In this document: piece by piece, positions 26,917 to 37,472 of the stretch
Layout: each line of letters begins with the position of its first letter
How positions within the stretch are numbered: the first letter of the stretch is position 1
Assembly: GCF_006345805.1 (NCBI RefSeq)
Contig: NC_043009.1
Location: 46,252,001-46,316,000, forward strand
Reading direction: 5' to 3'
DNA: 64,000 bases
DNA from: Octopus sinensis
Taxonomy: Eukaryota
Position numbers and translations under genes: made by a program
Notes under the pieces: model-generated
The model's input: the letters and a program-made list of their open reading frames with translations, nothing else
What the model was told of the DNA's origin: nothing
Database searches by the model: none

Positions 26917-27674
26917 ATGAAGATCAGAAGAATAGGAATTTGCACATCCATATTTTATTATACAGTAATTGATATCATTCTTCGCTTGGACCTGTGCCCG
27001 TTTCGGCTGCAACCGCTGCACATTGTTAAGTGTGCACCTTGGTGTTAATTATCGGTGCAGCTCCTCAGGGTCCGTTGTTTACTGTCGTTCGAAGATCATC
27101 TGGAGAAAACTATGAGACTGACTGAATATGAGTCGTTTAGGAGGTGTTGGAGTTACAATGAATATTTATATTTCCTCGTGACATGAAGATTACCTCGGCC
27201 AGTTAGGTATTTATTGCTGGGTTTGATCTTAAAATAGGTCAACGTTCCTGTGGATTCCTTAGTATTGTAGCCCAGATTACCATTCTATTATATTAGAAAT
27301 TATTCGTATTTCTAATTTAGTAGAATGGTCACATCACAAGAAAGTAGGTATATTTTAAGACAAAACCCAGCAATAAATACCAAACAGGCGGAGGTAATCT
27401 TCATGACACGAGGAAATATGACTATTCATAGTAATACCAACACCACCTGAACGACTCCTTATTCAGTCAGTCTCGTAGTTTTCTTCAGATGATCTTTGAA
27501 CGACAGTAAACAACGGACCCAGAAGGAGCTGCACTGATAATTAACACCAAGATGCACACTTGACAGTGTGCAGCGGTTGCAGCCAAAATGAACGTTGGTC
27601 CAAGTGAAGAATGATGAAAATTACTGCATAGTGAATAATATGGATGTGCAAATCGCCATTCTCCTGATATTCAT
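26917..27674. mobile_element. Older long foldback element with a decayed hammerhead in each arm
   Basis: ~320-bp diverged inverted arms 26917-27236/27351-27674, a central hairpin at 27279-27329, and hammerhead-like folds at 26988-27073 (minus) and 27515-27601 (plus). Confidence 0.8.
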
Positions 27675-27682
27675 CACATATT

Positions 27683-27780
<98 letters not shown>

Positions 27781-27925
27781 ATATGTATGTATGTATATAT
27801 ATGTGTGTGTATGTATATGTTTGTATTTATGTATATGCATGTATTATATGTAAGAAATTGGAATGTAGATGATATCTGCTTACTGTATGATATATATATA
27901 TATATATTAGGACAGTATTATTAAT

Positions 27926-27931
27926 TTTATT
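27926..27931 (-). promoter_or_regulatory. Candidate polyadenylation signal AATAAA
   Basis: TTTATT on plus, ~630 nt downstream of the stop. The motif is common in AT-rich DNA. Confidence 0.3.
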
Positions 27932-28559
27932 TTATCTAGTTTCAGCTCACGGGCTGTGGCCATGCTGGGGCCATGCAGAATAATTGTGTTATATTCACAG
28001 GATGAAGGAAATGCACTTTGTGTGTGTGTGTCGCTTGGAAACAAGCGTAGAAGAAAATATAAATTGTTGATTAAATAATTTCACCACACTGGACACTTCT
28101 ATTAATATTTTATGATCCTTGATGTTGTGAGAGACTCAGTAAATGTGATATCTCACCTTCCCCTTTCTGATACAAGGGGATTAGTAACCACAATGTAAGC
28201 ATCGCATTATCATCTGCAAAGATAAAGACCGATCAAGAAGTTAAATATCACGAGATAACATACAGGTACACGTGCTTTCTGTCACACAGAACATATATGT
28301 GATGCACCACAACATTTGTTTAGTAGTTCTATATCCAGAGTTTCATATATCAAACAATAATTGTTGGAATAAGTGAGTGCTAATATAAGCATTTGAAGTG
28401 TGTGCATTTATACAAGAGTATGAAAGCGATATTGCGTCTACATATGAGATTTTTGTTTTCTGCTGAGAGATTTGATGGCAATTTCTTTTAATATCAAATT
28501 AATAGTTACAGTTAAAATCTTTTTTAAAAATACCATTGTTTTTCTTTCTTTTTTTTTTT

Positions 28560-29462
28560 TTAAGTGGTCACTTCTTCGTTTATGATATCAATGTGTGCAA
28601 GCGGTTTTTTATCGTTTTTCGGAACATGACGTTTTGTCGTGTCGCTAAGGTTTATTATCGTTTCCAAACATCTGTTTGTAGGCATCGTCGTTTGGTGTTG
28701 GCATTTCATGTGTGATAAATTCGCTTGCAAAGGTATCATTTCTGATATTTCGTCACTTCTTTTCGGATTAGAAAGATGACCATCGGTGAATGCCAACAAA
28801 GCACCCGTTGTAGGTTTCATCTGTAGGATGTTCTGAGTTGCATGACAACAATTTTCATCCGGAAACGCGTTATTATAGTCATTCGATGCTGTCAAAGGCA
28901 TGGTTTTATTTGTATGAAACGCAGTCAGGCAAGAAGCTGCTGATGGTGTGGCTCCAATCCCAAGCCCTGGTACCACCTCATTGAAACTATGTTCATTACA
29001 GTTAGAGATGTTTGCTAAACAGCAATGGTGTACTGCCTGGTTAAATTGTGGTATATTGTTTGTAGCTGTATTGAGCGAGCTTGTTGTCGGACCAACTATC
29101 GCACAATTACTCGAGTTAGCACCACCGCTGTTGTTATTTAGATACATGTTTGTGGTGATTGTATTCATTTTATTAAGTATTTTTTCTCGGCGATCTTTTT
29201 TTCTAAGGAGTGCCATTTCCTTAAGATATGTTCGTAGCTGATTATCTTGTTGATTTTTTCTGATATGTGAAGCAATCATTAACACAATAGAAAACCCGTA
29301 TATAAATATAACAGCGACAACATAATAAAGGGAACCTATATTGTCAACGTCTTCTTGCATTGATAGGGTGTAGTTGAGCGTTGATTCTTCTGTGGCTACA
29401 GTCGATTGTTTCATCAGGGAACTGTTCAACGAAAGGTTAGCGCCAGTTAGCGGAATACCCAT
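28560..29462 (-). CDS. Single-pass membrane protein, 300 aa, with KCNE/MinK-like transmembrane region
   Basis: The only long non-repeat ORF. Kozak-like acaatcATGG, in-frame upstream TAA at 29523-29525, and an upstream splice acceptor. N-terminal sequons NLS, NSS, NYT; TM LYYVVAVIFIYGFSIVLMIA; basic juxtamembrane SHIRKN...YLKEMALLRKK. Confidence 0.82.
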   Translation of the reverse strand: MGIPLTGANLSLNSSLMKQSTVATEESTLNYTLSMQEDVDNIGSLYYVVAVIFIYGFSIVLMIASHIRKNQQDNQLRTYLKEMALLRKKDRREKILNKMNTITTNMYLNNNSGGANSSNCAIVGPTTSSLNTATNNIPQFNQAVHHCCLANISNCNEHSFNEVVPGLGIGATPSAASCLTAFHTNKTMPLTASNDYNNAFPDENCCHATQNILQMKPTTGALLAFTDGHLSNPKRSDEISEMIPLQANLSHMKCQHQTTMPTNRCLETIINLSDTTKRHVPKNDKKPLAHIDIINEEVTT

Positions 29463-29539
29463 GATTGTCTTGTAGAAGATCTCACAATCTTTACTGCAAA
29501 TTATTTGGTTACGTACAGCTGTTTAATCCGACCAGTTGA

Positions 29540-29565
29540 CTGGAAAAGAAAGAAAAGAAAATGTA
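29540..29565 (-). promoter_or_regulatory. 3' splice acceptor with polypyrimidine tract for the coding exon
   Basis: Minus strand reads CATTTTCTTTTCTTTCTTTTCCAG|TCAACTG. The exon would start at 29539, 77 nt before the ATG. Confidence 0.75.
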
Positions 29566-29663
29566 AAAGATATGAAGTATCAATGAAATAAAATAAGAAA
29601 CGAATGAAATTAAGAACATTAGCAAGATATATTTATTGAAATGAAGGAGGGCGTTGTGACTAT

Positions 29664-29894
29664 GGTAGCGAGCTGGTAGAAACGTTAGCACGCCGGGCGA
29701 AATGCTTAGCGGTATTTCGTCTGCGTTACGTTGTGAGTTCAAATTCCGCCGAGGTCGACTTTGCCTTTCATCCTTTCGGGGTCGATAAATTAAGTACCAG
29801 TTACGCACTGGGGTCGATGTAATCGACTTAATACCTATGTCTGTCTTTGTTTGTCCCCCTCTGTGTTTAGCCCCTTGTGGGTAATAAAGAAATA
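29664..29894 (+). mobile_element. SINE family B
   Basis: Aligns to 6092-6317. Confidence 0.9.
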
Positions 29895-30662
29895 GGTATA
29901 CTTGGACTGGCTGAGCCCAGTTATTGATAACATTCCGCTGAAATTATTGCAAGCAGTATGAAAATCATGTTGAGGGAAGATTGACATTGTGGAAAGACTT
30001 TGGAAACGAAGGACAGGACATGATGCAGGTTTGGGGAGGATTGAATATCGATTACTAGAGGAGAGACGTCTGAGTCGGGAGAGCTTGTGTAAACGTAGCT
30101 CCAGATCAATCAGCATCTCGAGCAGAGGACGATATAGTAGAGTGATAAACGATAGTGAGATGATATAGCACGTCTGTGATAAAGAGGCAGGAGAACGCAT
30201 GTAAACAATTTCATTTCAGTCTGTCAGGTGGCTTTTCTTAGGATATGGTCTATATTAGTGTGTCTACAGCAGCCTTGCCATCATGTGAAAGCAGCACACA
30301 TTTTGAGTTTTGTTCCTATGAGGCCTTAGTGATGACTAAACTATTGTCTGGATCTACATAAAAAATATTGGTTCTTACTGTTCACCTTCTGCGCAGAAAT
30401 GAAACTTTAAGCAACAATTTATAAAAATTTAGATATAAATAATATTGTAATCGACAGTCATATATATAGTTCTCAATTTCTCAGTTGTATGTTAATATAT
30501 ACAATTACGTAGGAAAATATTTATATAAAATCTTGAAAATTCTGATATTCTTCACAAAGGAGCCAAACATTTTCCTCCTCTCCAAGTCCAAATCATTTAC
30601 TGGAACAAAGAATATTTTCGAAACACTGCAAAGCTACTCTATTGAGTTATCTAGACTCAAGG

Positions 30663-30733
<71 letters not shown>

Positions 30734-30762
30734 ATCTATCTATCTATCTATCTATCTATATC

Positions 30763-30807
<45 letters not shown>

Positions 30808-30835
30808 ATATATATACATTTATACATATACATAC

Positions 30836-30890
<55 letters not shown>

Positions 30891-30899
30891 ATATATATA

Positions 30900-31195
30900 T
30901 AATATTAATTAGAGACAAAACCACTATTTTGTAAAACAAACAAGGAAAAACTTAATCAATACATAAAATTTTAATAAAAAGTAAAAAATAAAAAGTATTT
31001 ATTTTTTACTTTTTTTTACTTTTTTTTATTTTTTATTAAAATTTTATGTATTGATTAAGTCTTTCCTTGTTTGTTTTACAAAATAGTAGTTTTGTCTCTA
31101 ATTAATATTATTTAATATTTTACTATAAAATTGGATTTAATCCTAAATCTGATTTTTTCCCTGTAAATTTGGATTTATTCCCTAATATTTATTAT

Positions 31196-31198
<3 letters not shown>
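30900..31198. mobile_element. AT-rich foldback element in (TA)n, same family as 8614-8800
   Basis: ~80-bp inverted arms 30900-30980/31030-31110 around an A-rich/T-rich centre. Confidence 0.8.
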
Positions 31199-31231
<33 letters not shown>

Positions 31232-31295
31232 GCCATCGTTAGCCACTACACGCATTTTTTCTCTCCTTGTTTCTCTCTTTGTTTTTTCTGTGTCC

Positions 31296-31331
31296 CTTTC
31301 TGTAGAAGAGCATAGGCTCGAAACGTAAAAG
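31296..31331 (+). ncRNA. Minimal hammerhead-like motif with an A6U core variant, in a (TA)n-flanked unit (31231-31418)
   Basis: CTTT-CTGTAGA-a-GAGC-atag-GCTC-GAAA-C-GT-A-AAAG. Confidence 0.6.
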
Positions 31332-31415
31332 ACTTTTTCTATTCCTGAGCGTTATACTCATACATCTGTTTGTTTTGTACATCACCTGTCTTCGTCTTTT
31401 TTTTTCGTAAACTCT

Positions 31416-31461
<46 letters not shown>

Positions 31462-31552
31462 CGATTCAAGAGGGTGGGGAAATATGTTTCGTCAAGAGAG
31501 AGAAAAAGTACATATGCATGAAGAAAGCGAGAAAGAATGGGGAAGAATCGTG

Positions 31553-31773
31553 ATGGTAGAAACGTTAGCATGCCGGGTGAAATTCGTAGCCGTATTTCGT
31601 CTGTCGTTACGTTCCGAGTTCAAATTCCGCTGAGGTCGACATTGCTTTTCATCCTTTCGGGGTCGATAAATTAAGTACCAGTTATGCACTGGGGTCGATG
31701 TAATCGACTTAATCCCTTTGTCTGTCCTTGTTTGTCCCCTCTGTGTTTAGCCCCTTGTGGGTAGTAAAGAAAT
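31553..31773 (+). mobile_element. SINE family B
   Basis: Aligns to 29664-29894. Confidence 0.9.
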
Positions 31774-32384
31774 TTATATATATATATAATTCCCCACCCT
31801 CTTCCCTTCACATTATTTTTTTAAATACTACTCCCCTGCGGTTCGATCAAAACAGCCCTTTTGAATACTACCGGTCAAATGACCGTGCCTAATTTCCTCA
31901 TTCTTGCTTGCTTTCTTCATGCACCCTTTTTTCTCCCCCTTGATCAAACATATTACCCCACCCTCTTCCCTCCACATTATATTTTTTCAAATATCACTCC
32001 CCTTTCTAATTTCTATGATTCAGCCAAAACAGCCCTATTGAATACTTCCGGTGAGATTACTTTGCTTAAATTCCCCATTCCTCTTAATCCCTTCTATTTT
32101 CTTCCTTTTTCCTTCTTTTAATCCTTGTTTCTCTCTACATTTATACTCTTCTCTCCTACTGTGCTCTCTACACATTCTGACGGAATCTTCCATGCGTTAA
32201 CATGTACCTCCTTGCGACAATGTAAACTTTCATTTAATCAAGATATCCTTGGCATGAAGAGTAGCCTGCGATATACACCCACTTCTGAGGTTTCGCTCGC
32301 TATGAAGTATATATAACCCGGATCTTATCTACTACATTCCACAACACTTGTGTATATATATATGTGTGTGTGTGTGAAGTAAAT

Positions 32385-32529
32385 GTAGGGATAAACATGT
32401 TAGACAGATCAATATATAAAGTATATTAAATACATAGAATACAAAAAATGTATATATGTATATGTATTCAATATGTATTCATATATTTAATATACACATT
32501 ACATGTTGATCTAACTTGCTTATCCCTAC
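32385..32529. repeat. Degenerate inverted repeat
   Basis: GTAGGGATAA.CA.GTTAGA...TATATTAAATA pairs with TATTTAATATA...TCTAAC.TG.TTATCCCTAC. Confidence 0.7.
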
Positions 32530-32671
32530 TTTAAGTTCTATACCCGCTCAAGTTTAAATCTCTTTAGCATTACTAAGTGTATTCTATACGGAGAATATCT
32601 GATTCTCATGTATGAATTATATATATATACACACCTTCATAAATGAGTATACAATATACACATGTTTTTTA

Positions 32672-32952
32672 TTGTTTGTTCCTTCTCGAGCCACGCCTAG
32701 CTCATAAAGGCCGGTTTCCTTGGCGTACAGGTTCCCCACCTGGACGGGACGCCGGTCGATCGCAGGTGAGCTGCAAGATGCAGAGAAAAGAGTGAGCGAA
32801 AGTTGTAGCGAAAGAGTCAGCAGAAGATGGCCATTACCTTCTGCCGGAGCCGCGTGGAGCATAGGTGTTTCGCTCATAAACACACACATCGCCCGGTCTG
32901 AGATTCGAACCCGCGAGCCCACTGCTCTAACCAATAGGCCATGTGTCTCCAC
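32672..32952 (-). mobile_element. Family A-related SINE with a different 3' tail
   Basis: The head and TTTATGAGCGAAACACCTA.GCTCCACG are shared with family A; the tail differs. Confidence 0.7.
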
Positions 32953-35566
32953 AATATACACATGTATACATGCATAAAAAATATTAATCACAACTGTGCA
33001 CTGAAGAGACATGCATTCTTTACGCGTGTGTGAGTACTTTGACATATGCACCCACGTATATGCACATAGAGTTACATTCATATAAGCACATATTCAGAGA
33101 TCGCGGGAATTGTTTTGACACACAACAAAAAGCGTTATCACTTTGTTAATGATAGGCTTGAATTCTCCAAAGAATTGATTTATTAAAGCAAACTTCCATA
33201 CGTTACGTATTAATGTTATAACTCTATTATTTTCTTTCCAAATTCAACTCAAAATAGTCTCAATAAAATTTGAGCAGTTGAAAAGATTTTGATACTTATA
33301 TAATGCTACAACAATGAGGCTGACCTTTAACATCTACAGATCAAAGGAGAAAGTCATCTCGCACTCTACGACCGTTGAATGCTTAATCTTGGAAAATGTA
33401 TTTTAGAACCTTAGTCATATATGTAACAGAAAAAAATTGTGCTTTCATGCGGAATAATTTTGTATGACACGAGGAGGACGAAAGGGAAAAAAATTGTCGG
33501 TAAGAGCAATGACCTCTGAGAAGGTGCAGGTTGTGGGAAAGAAAGAATTCAGTAAAATGTTTGAGTGCATGGTTAGTGCTGCTGCTGCTACTATTGTTGT
33601 TGCTGTTGCAGTTGTTGTTACTTCTGCTGCTTTGCAGTTGATGTTAGCACCGGGTCAGCCTTCCTGACTCCAACAGCTCTTTCATAAAATACATTCCAGC
33701 TGTGATCATCATCTTTGTCTTTTTCAGAAAATCTACAACATCTAATGTATCTTTTTCTTTTTCCTTTTCTTTTCAGGCTATAGGATGTGACTTAAGGGAA
33801 ATTTGGTTGTTATTTCTAGCTGGTCGAACAATGACATAGTGCCTCACTCCTTCGCTCCATTTTGCGCAACATTTAATTGTTGAGGTGATTATAGCTGAAA
33901 TGTCGAGAAGAATGGTATAAGATTGATGTAGGCTCGGAACTTGTTACTTTAGACACACCGCCTATAGTCACGATCGCCACAAGGCCACATAATTATAAAT
34001 TATTTACAGCCAGGGAATTATAATTGTTGTAGTTGAGGATTAAATCGATTGAATAAATTCCTGGTCATTATTTTGCTGATAACGCAAAGACTAAAAGCAA
34101 AGTTAGCTCCAGTGAGTTGGATGGTTGAAAATTCTTTACCAGCCAACAACCAAGCCTCTACATGGTCGATCAGTGAGTAAGAAATAGCAGCCAAATTTCC
34201 TTCAAATCACATCGTACCGTCTTAGGATCTCCCTCCCCGCCACAAAACACAGAGCAAATGACACTAGATATTGTAGCTTCAAATACTATAATTAAAACAG
34301 AATGGCTATGGCTAGAGTGCCTCTGATCAAGTCTACTTGATCAAAGTTGACTTGAGGCTAAATAATAACATAGGCTAACTACCCCAAAACACTTACTCCG
34401 GTAATCTACCGCTTATTTCACTATACTTCTGTTAGATACTGTAAATATTTATTTCCTATTAAAAAAAAAAGTACAGCAAGGTTACTGATTTATAGATTTG
34501 TTAAGATGCTGTCAAGTTCATACAGCTTTTGGTTTTATAAAAGTTTGAGTGCTTCTAAGCATTGGGAAGCTCCCGCGAAGCCGAAACTGGAAGCGGAGTC
34601 ATTTAATAGCACTTACACCTAGTGCCTTCAGTTTTGTCCCTTAGTTAAAAATCCTGTCACACCACGCTTGATAAATTATCTGAAGATGATGTTTTTGCTA
34701 GTGCTGTATTAAGACAATAATGGCTCAAGGAGTTTCCATTTTGCTTACGAGCAAAATGATCGTTGATTGTAGACTGTCATCAGCAATGCATAGGCTTTAG
34801 CCAACAGGTGTAGCAGCCCTATTTGCTTAGATTTAAACTGGTTCGTTGTACGTAACAAAAACTCTGTACAATTTAAAAATTGTTCTTTAGGAGCACAGGC
34901 ACGACTGTGTATTTAAGAAATTTGCTTTGTAGTAATGTCAATCCAGATTCAATCCTATATGGCGACACCTTGGACAAGAATCTCCTGTCATAGATCCAAA
35001 CTTTGTGAATGAAACTAGAGAGGCAGAAACTGTAGAAAAGCCCATCAGTAGAGTATTACATGTTCATAAACTTAGTCTAGCGCCCAATTTTTGTCACCAT
35101 CGATTTCTTCAACATATATTTTAGCGTTCAAACATTCCTGCCAGGTCTCATATCGAAGGCTAATCTGTGGGTTTGGGCTTTCTTCCACATTTTAAGAGAT
35201 CATTCAATTTCTATTGTTAGAACGATGGGGATTGCTACACGATACACTAAAAAAAGAATTCATTGGTGGTGGCCCCAAAATACATAGATTAATTATATAT
35301 GAATGTGTGCATGTAAATTTCTTTGTATATGCACGTGTTTGTGAGCTTTGGCGTATCAGTCTGCGATTAAATTCATGCGGGTATTGATATTTGAATTTGT
35401 ATCGTGGTTTGTATTGTATAGTATTGATATATTTCGGTTTGTGTAAGTACATACGAGTCAGTATTTACGTATTTAAATAAGCGTGTTTGTATAAATGTCA
35501 GTCAATGCCTGCGTTGTGTAAATACCAGCATAGGTTTATATAAAGATTAGTTCATTTGTATTATGT

Positions 35567-35618
<52 letters not shown>

Positions 35619-35823
35619 TGTGTGTGTGTGCATGTGTGTGCGTGCGTTCGCCCGCATGTGCTTAAAAAGAATTCGATGTCAATACTTCAATATTGTTCCA
35701 TTGAAAATAATTATAAACGTGTGTAAACTATAGGTTATTATTTTGACAGAATTTAATACAAGATAAATAAACATATGCGCAATAACAAGCAAACTATGAA
35801 TATCTATATGTATGTATGTATAT

Positions 35824-35854
<31 letters not shown>

Positions 35855-35869
35855 CATACATATATATAT

Positions 35870-35921
<52 letters not shown>

Positions 35922-36105
35922 ATATATATATATACATATATATATTTGTATATATATATATGTATATATATATATACATATATATATTTGTATATATATA
36001 TGTATATATATACATATATATATTGTATATATATATGTATATATATACATATATATATATTATATATATATTTGTATATATATATATATTATATATATAT
36101 ATACA

Positions 36106-36212
<107 letters not shown>

Positions 36213-37099
36213 TTTTCAGCGACTAACAGCTAACACCTGCAAGCAATTGAATCTACCGTCGATATAATAATAATCAACTTTGCACAAAGCAGCAAAACCA
36301 TAGTGACTATGCAATGCATTAGAAATGTGCATTCAAAATGTGCATTGAATAATATGCATTAGGAAAGGAATCAGAAAAGCATGTGAAATAGAAAAAGCGA
36401 CTAATTATTGAACCGTAAGCATACTGTTGAAGAGCTCAACACCTTAACATTTTCTTTTGATTTGAAATCCATTCATCCTGAATTTCCTTTGCTCTTTAAC
36501 ATCTGTCAAAACCTTTCTTGCTGTTTACTGTTTAATATTACCCCTTTTTTTATTTCCTTCTCTTCGAGTATTTTAATATTTAAAATATCCTGTGGTAAAA
36601 CATCCTGTGGTAGTTTTCCGTCTCTCAAAATAATAAAAGATACCTAAACAGAATTTAATTTTGCTCAAATACCACTCTGTACCATTTGACAAAGATCAAT
36701 CGTTGTGCCAGCTTGTGTAGAATGATATTCATTTTGGAACACGAATGTTCTTTTTGGTCCACAGGTGAAAAAAATTATAGCTGCATGAGGCCGTTAAAAT
36801 ACTGACAAAACTACAATAGTAGAGATGTTTCTGTACCAACACTTCTTGCAACGCCAGTTTACGCAAAAAATTAGAAGTGAAAATCTGCGTAACGTTTGCG
36901 GTTTTAGACATTAGAGTGACACTTCATGAGACTTGCACTTGCATCAAAGGTGCGCTCTTACATTGTGCGTCTTCCAGACATTGTATTTTTTTGTTACTTA
37001 TATCGGGAGGAAATAAAAAGTAAATAATCGTATGGTTAGGGGATGAATAATTTGTGTGTATGTATACACACATTTGTGTATGTGTACTTATTAAGAAGT

Positions 37100-37472
37100 G
37101 GAGGCGCAATGGCCCAGTGGTTAGGGCAGCGGACTCGCGGTCGTAGAATCACGGTTTCGATTCCCAGACCGGGCGTTGTGAGTGTTTATTGAGCGAAAAC
37201 ACCTAAAGCTCCACGAGTCTCCGGCAGGGATGGTGAGGATCCCTGCTTTCACCACAACTTTCTCTCACTCTTACCTCCTGTTTCTGTTGTACCTGTATTT
37301 CAAAGGGCCGGCCTTGTCACTCTCTGTGTCACGCTGAATATCCCCGAGAACTACGTTAAGGGTACACGTGTCTGTGGAGTGCTCAGCCACTTACACGTTA
37401 ATTTCACGAGCAGGCTGTTCCGTTGATCGGATCAACCGGAACCCTCATCGTCGTAACCGACGGAGTGCTTCC
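37100..37472 (+). mobile_element. SINE family A, full length
   Basis: A and B boxes present. TSD ATTAAGAAGT at 37090-37099 and 37476-37485. Confidence 0.93.

Noticed and set aside
28948-29241. 97-aa plus-strand ORF
   Set aside because: It is the antisense shadow of the real minus-strand CDS.
32178-32262. CTGACGG followed by a TCTTC..ATGC/GCATGAAGA stem
   Set aside because: No GAAA or NUH in register.
36408-36960. Purine-rich minus-strand stretch that looks coding-like (also 38940-39300)
   Set aside because: It has several stops, no recognisable motif and no clear splice pair; it may be an ancient retroelement ORF remnant.
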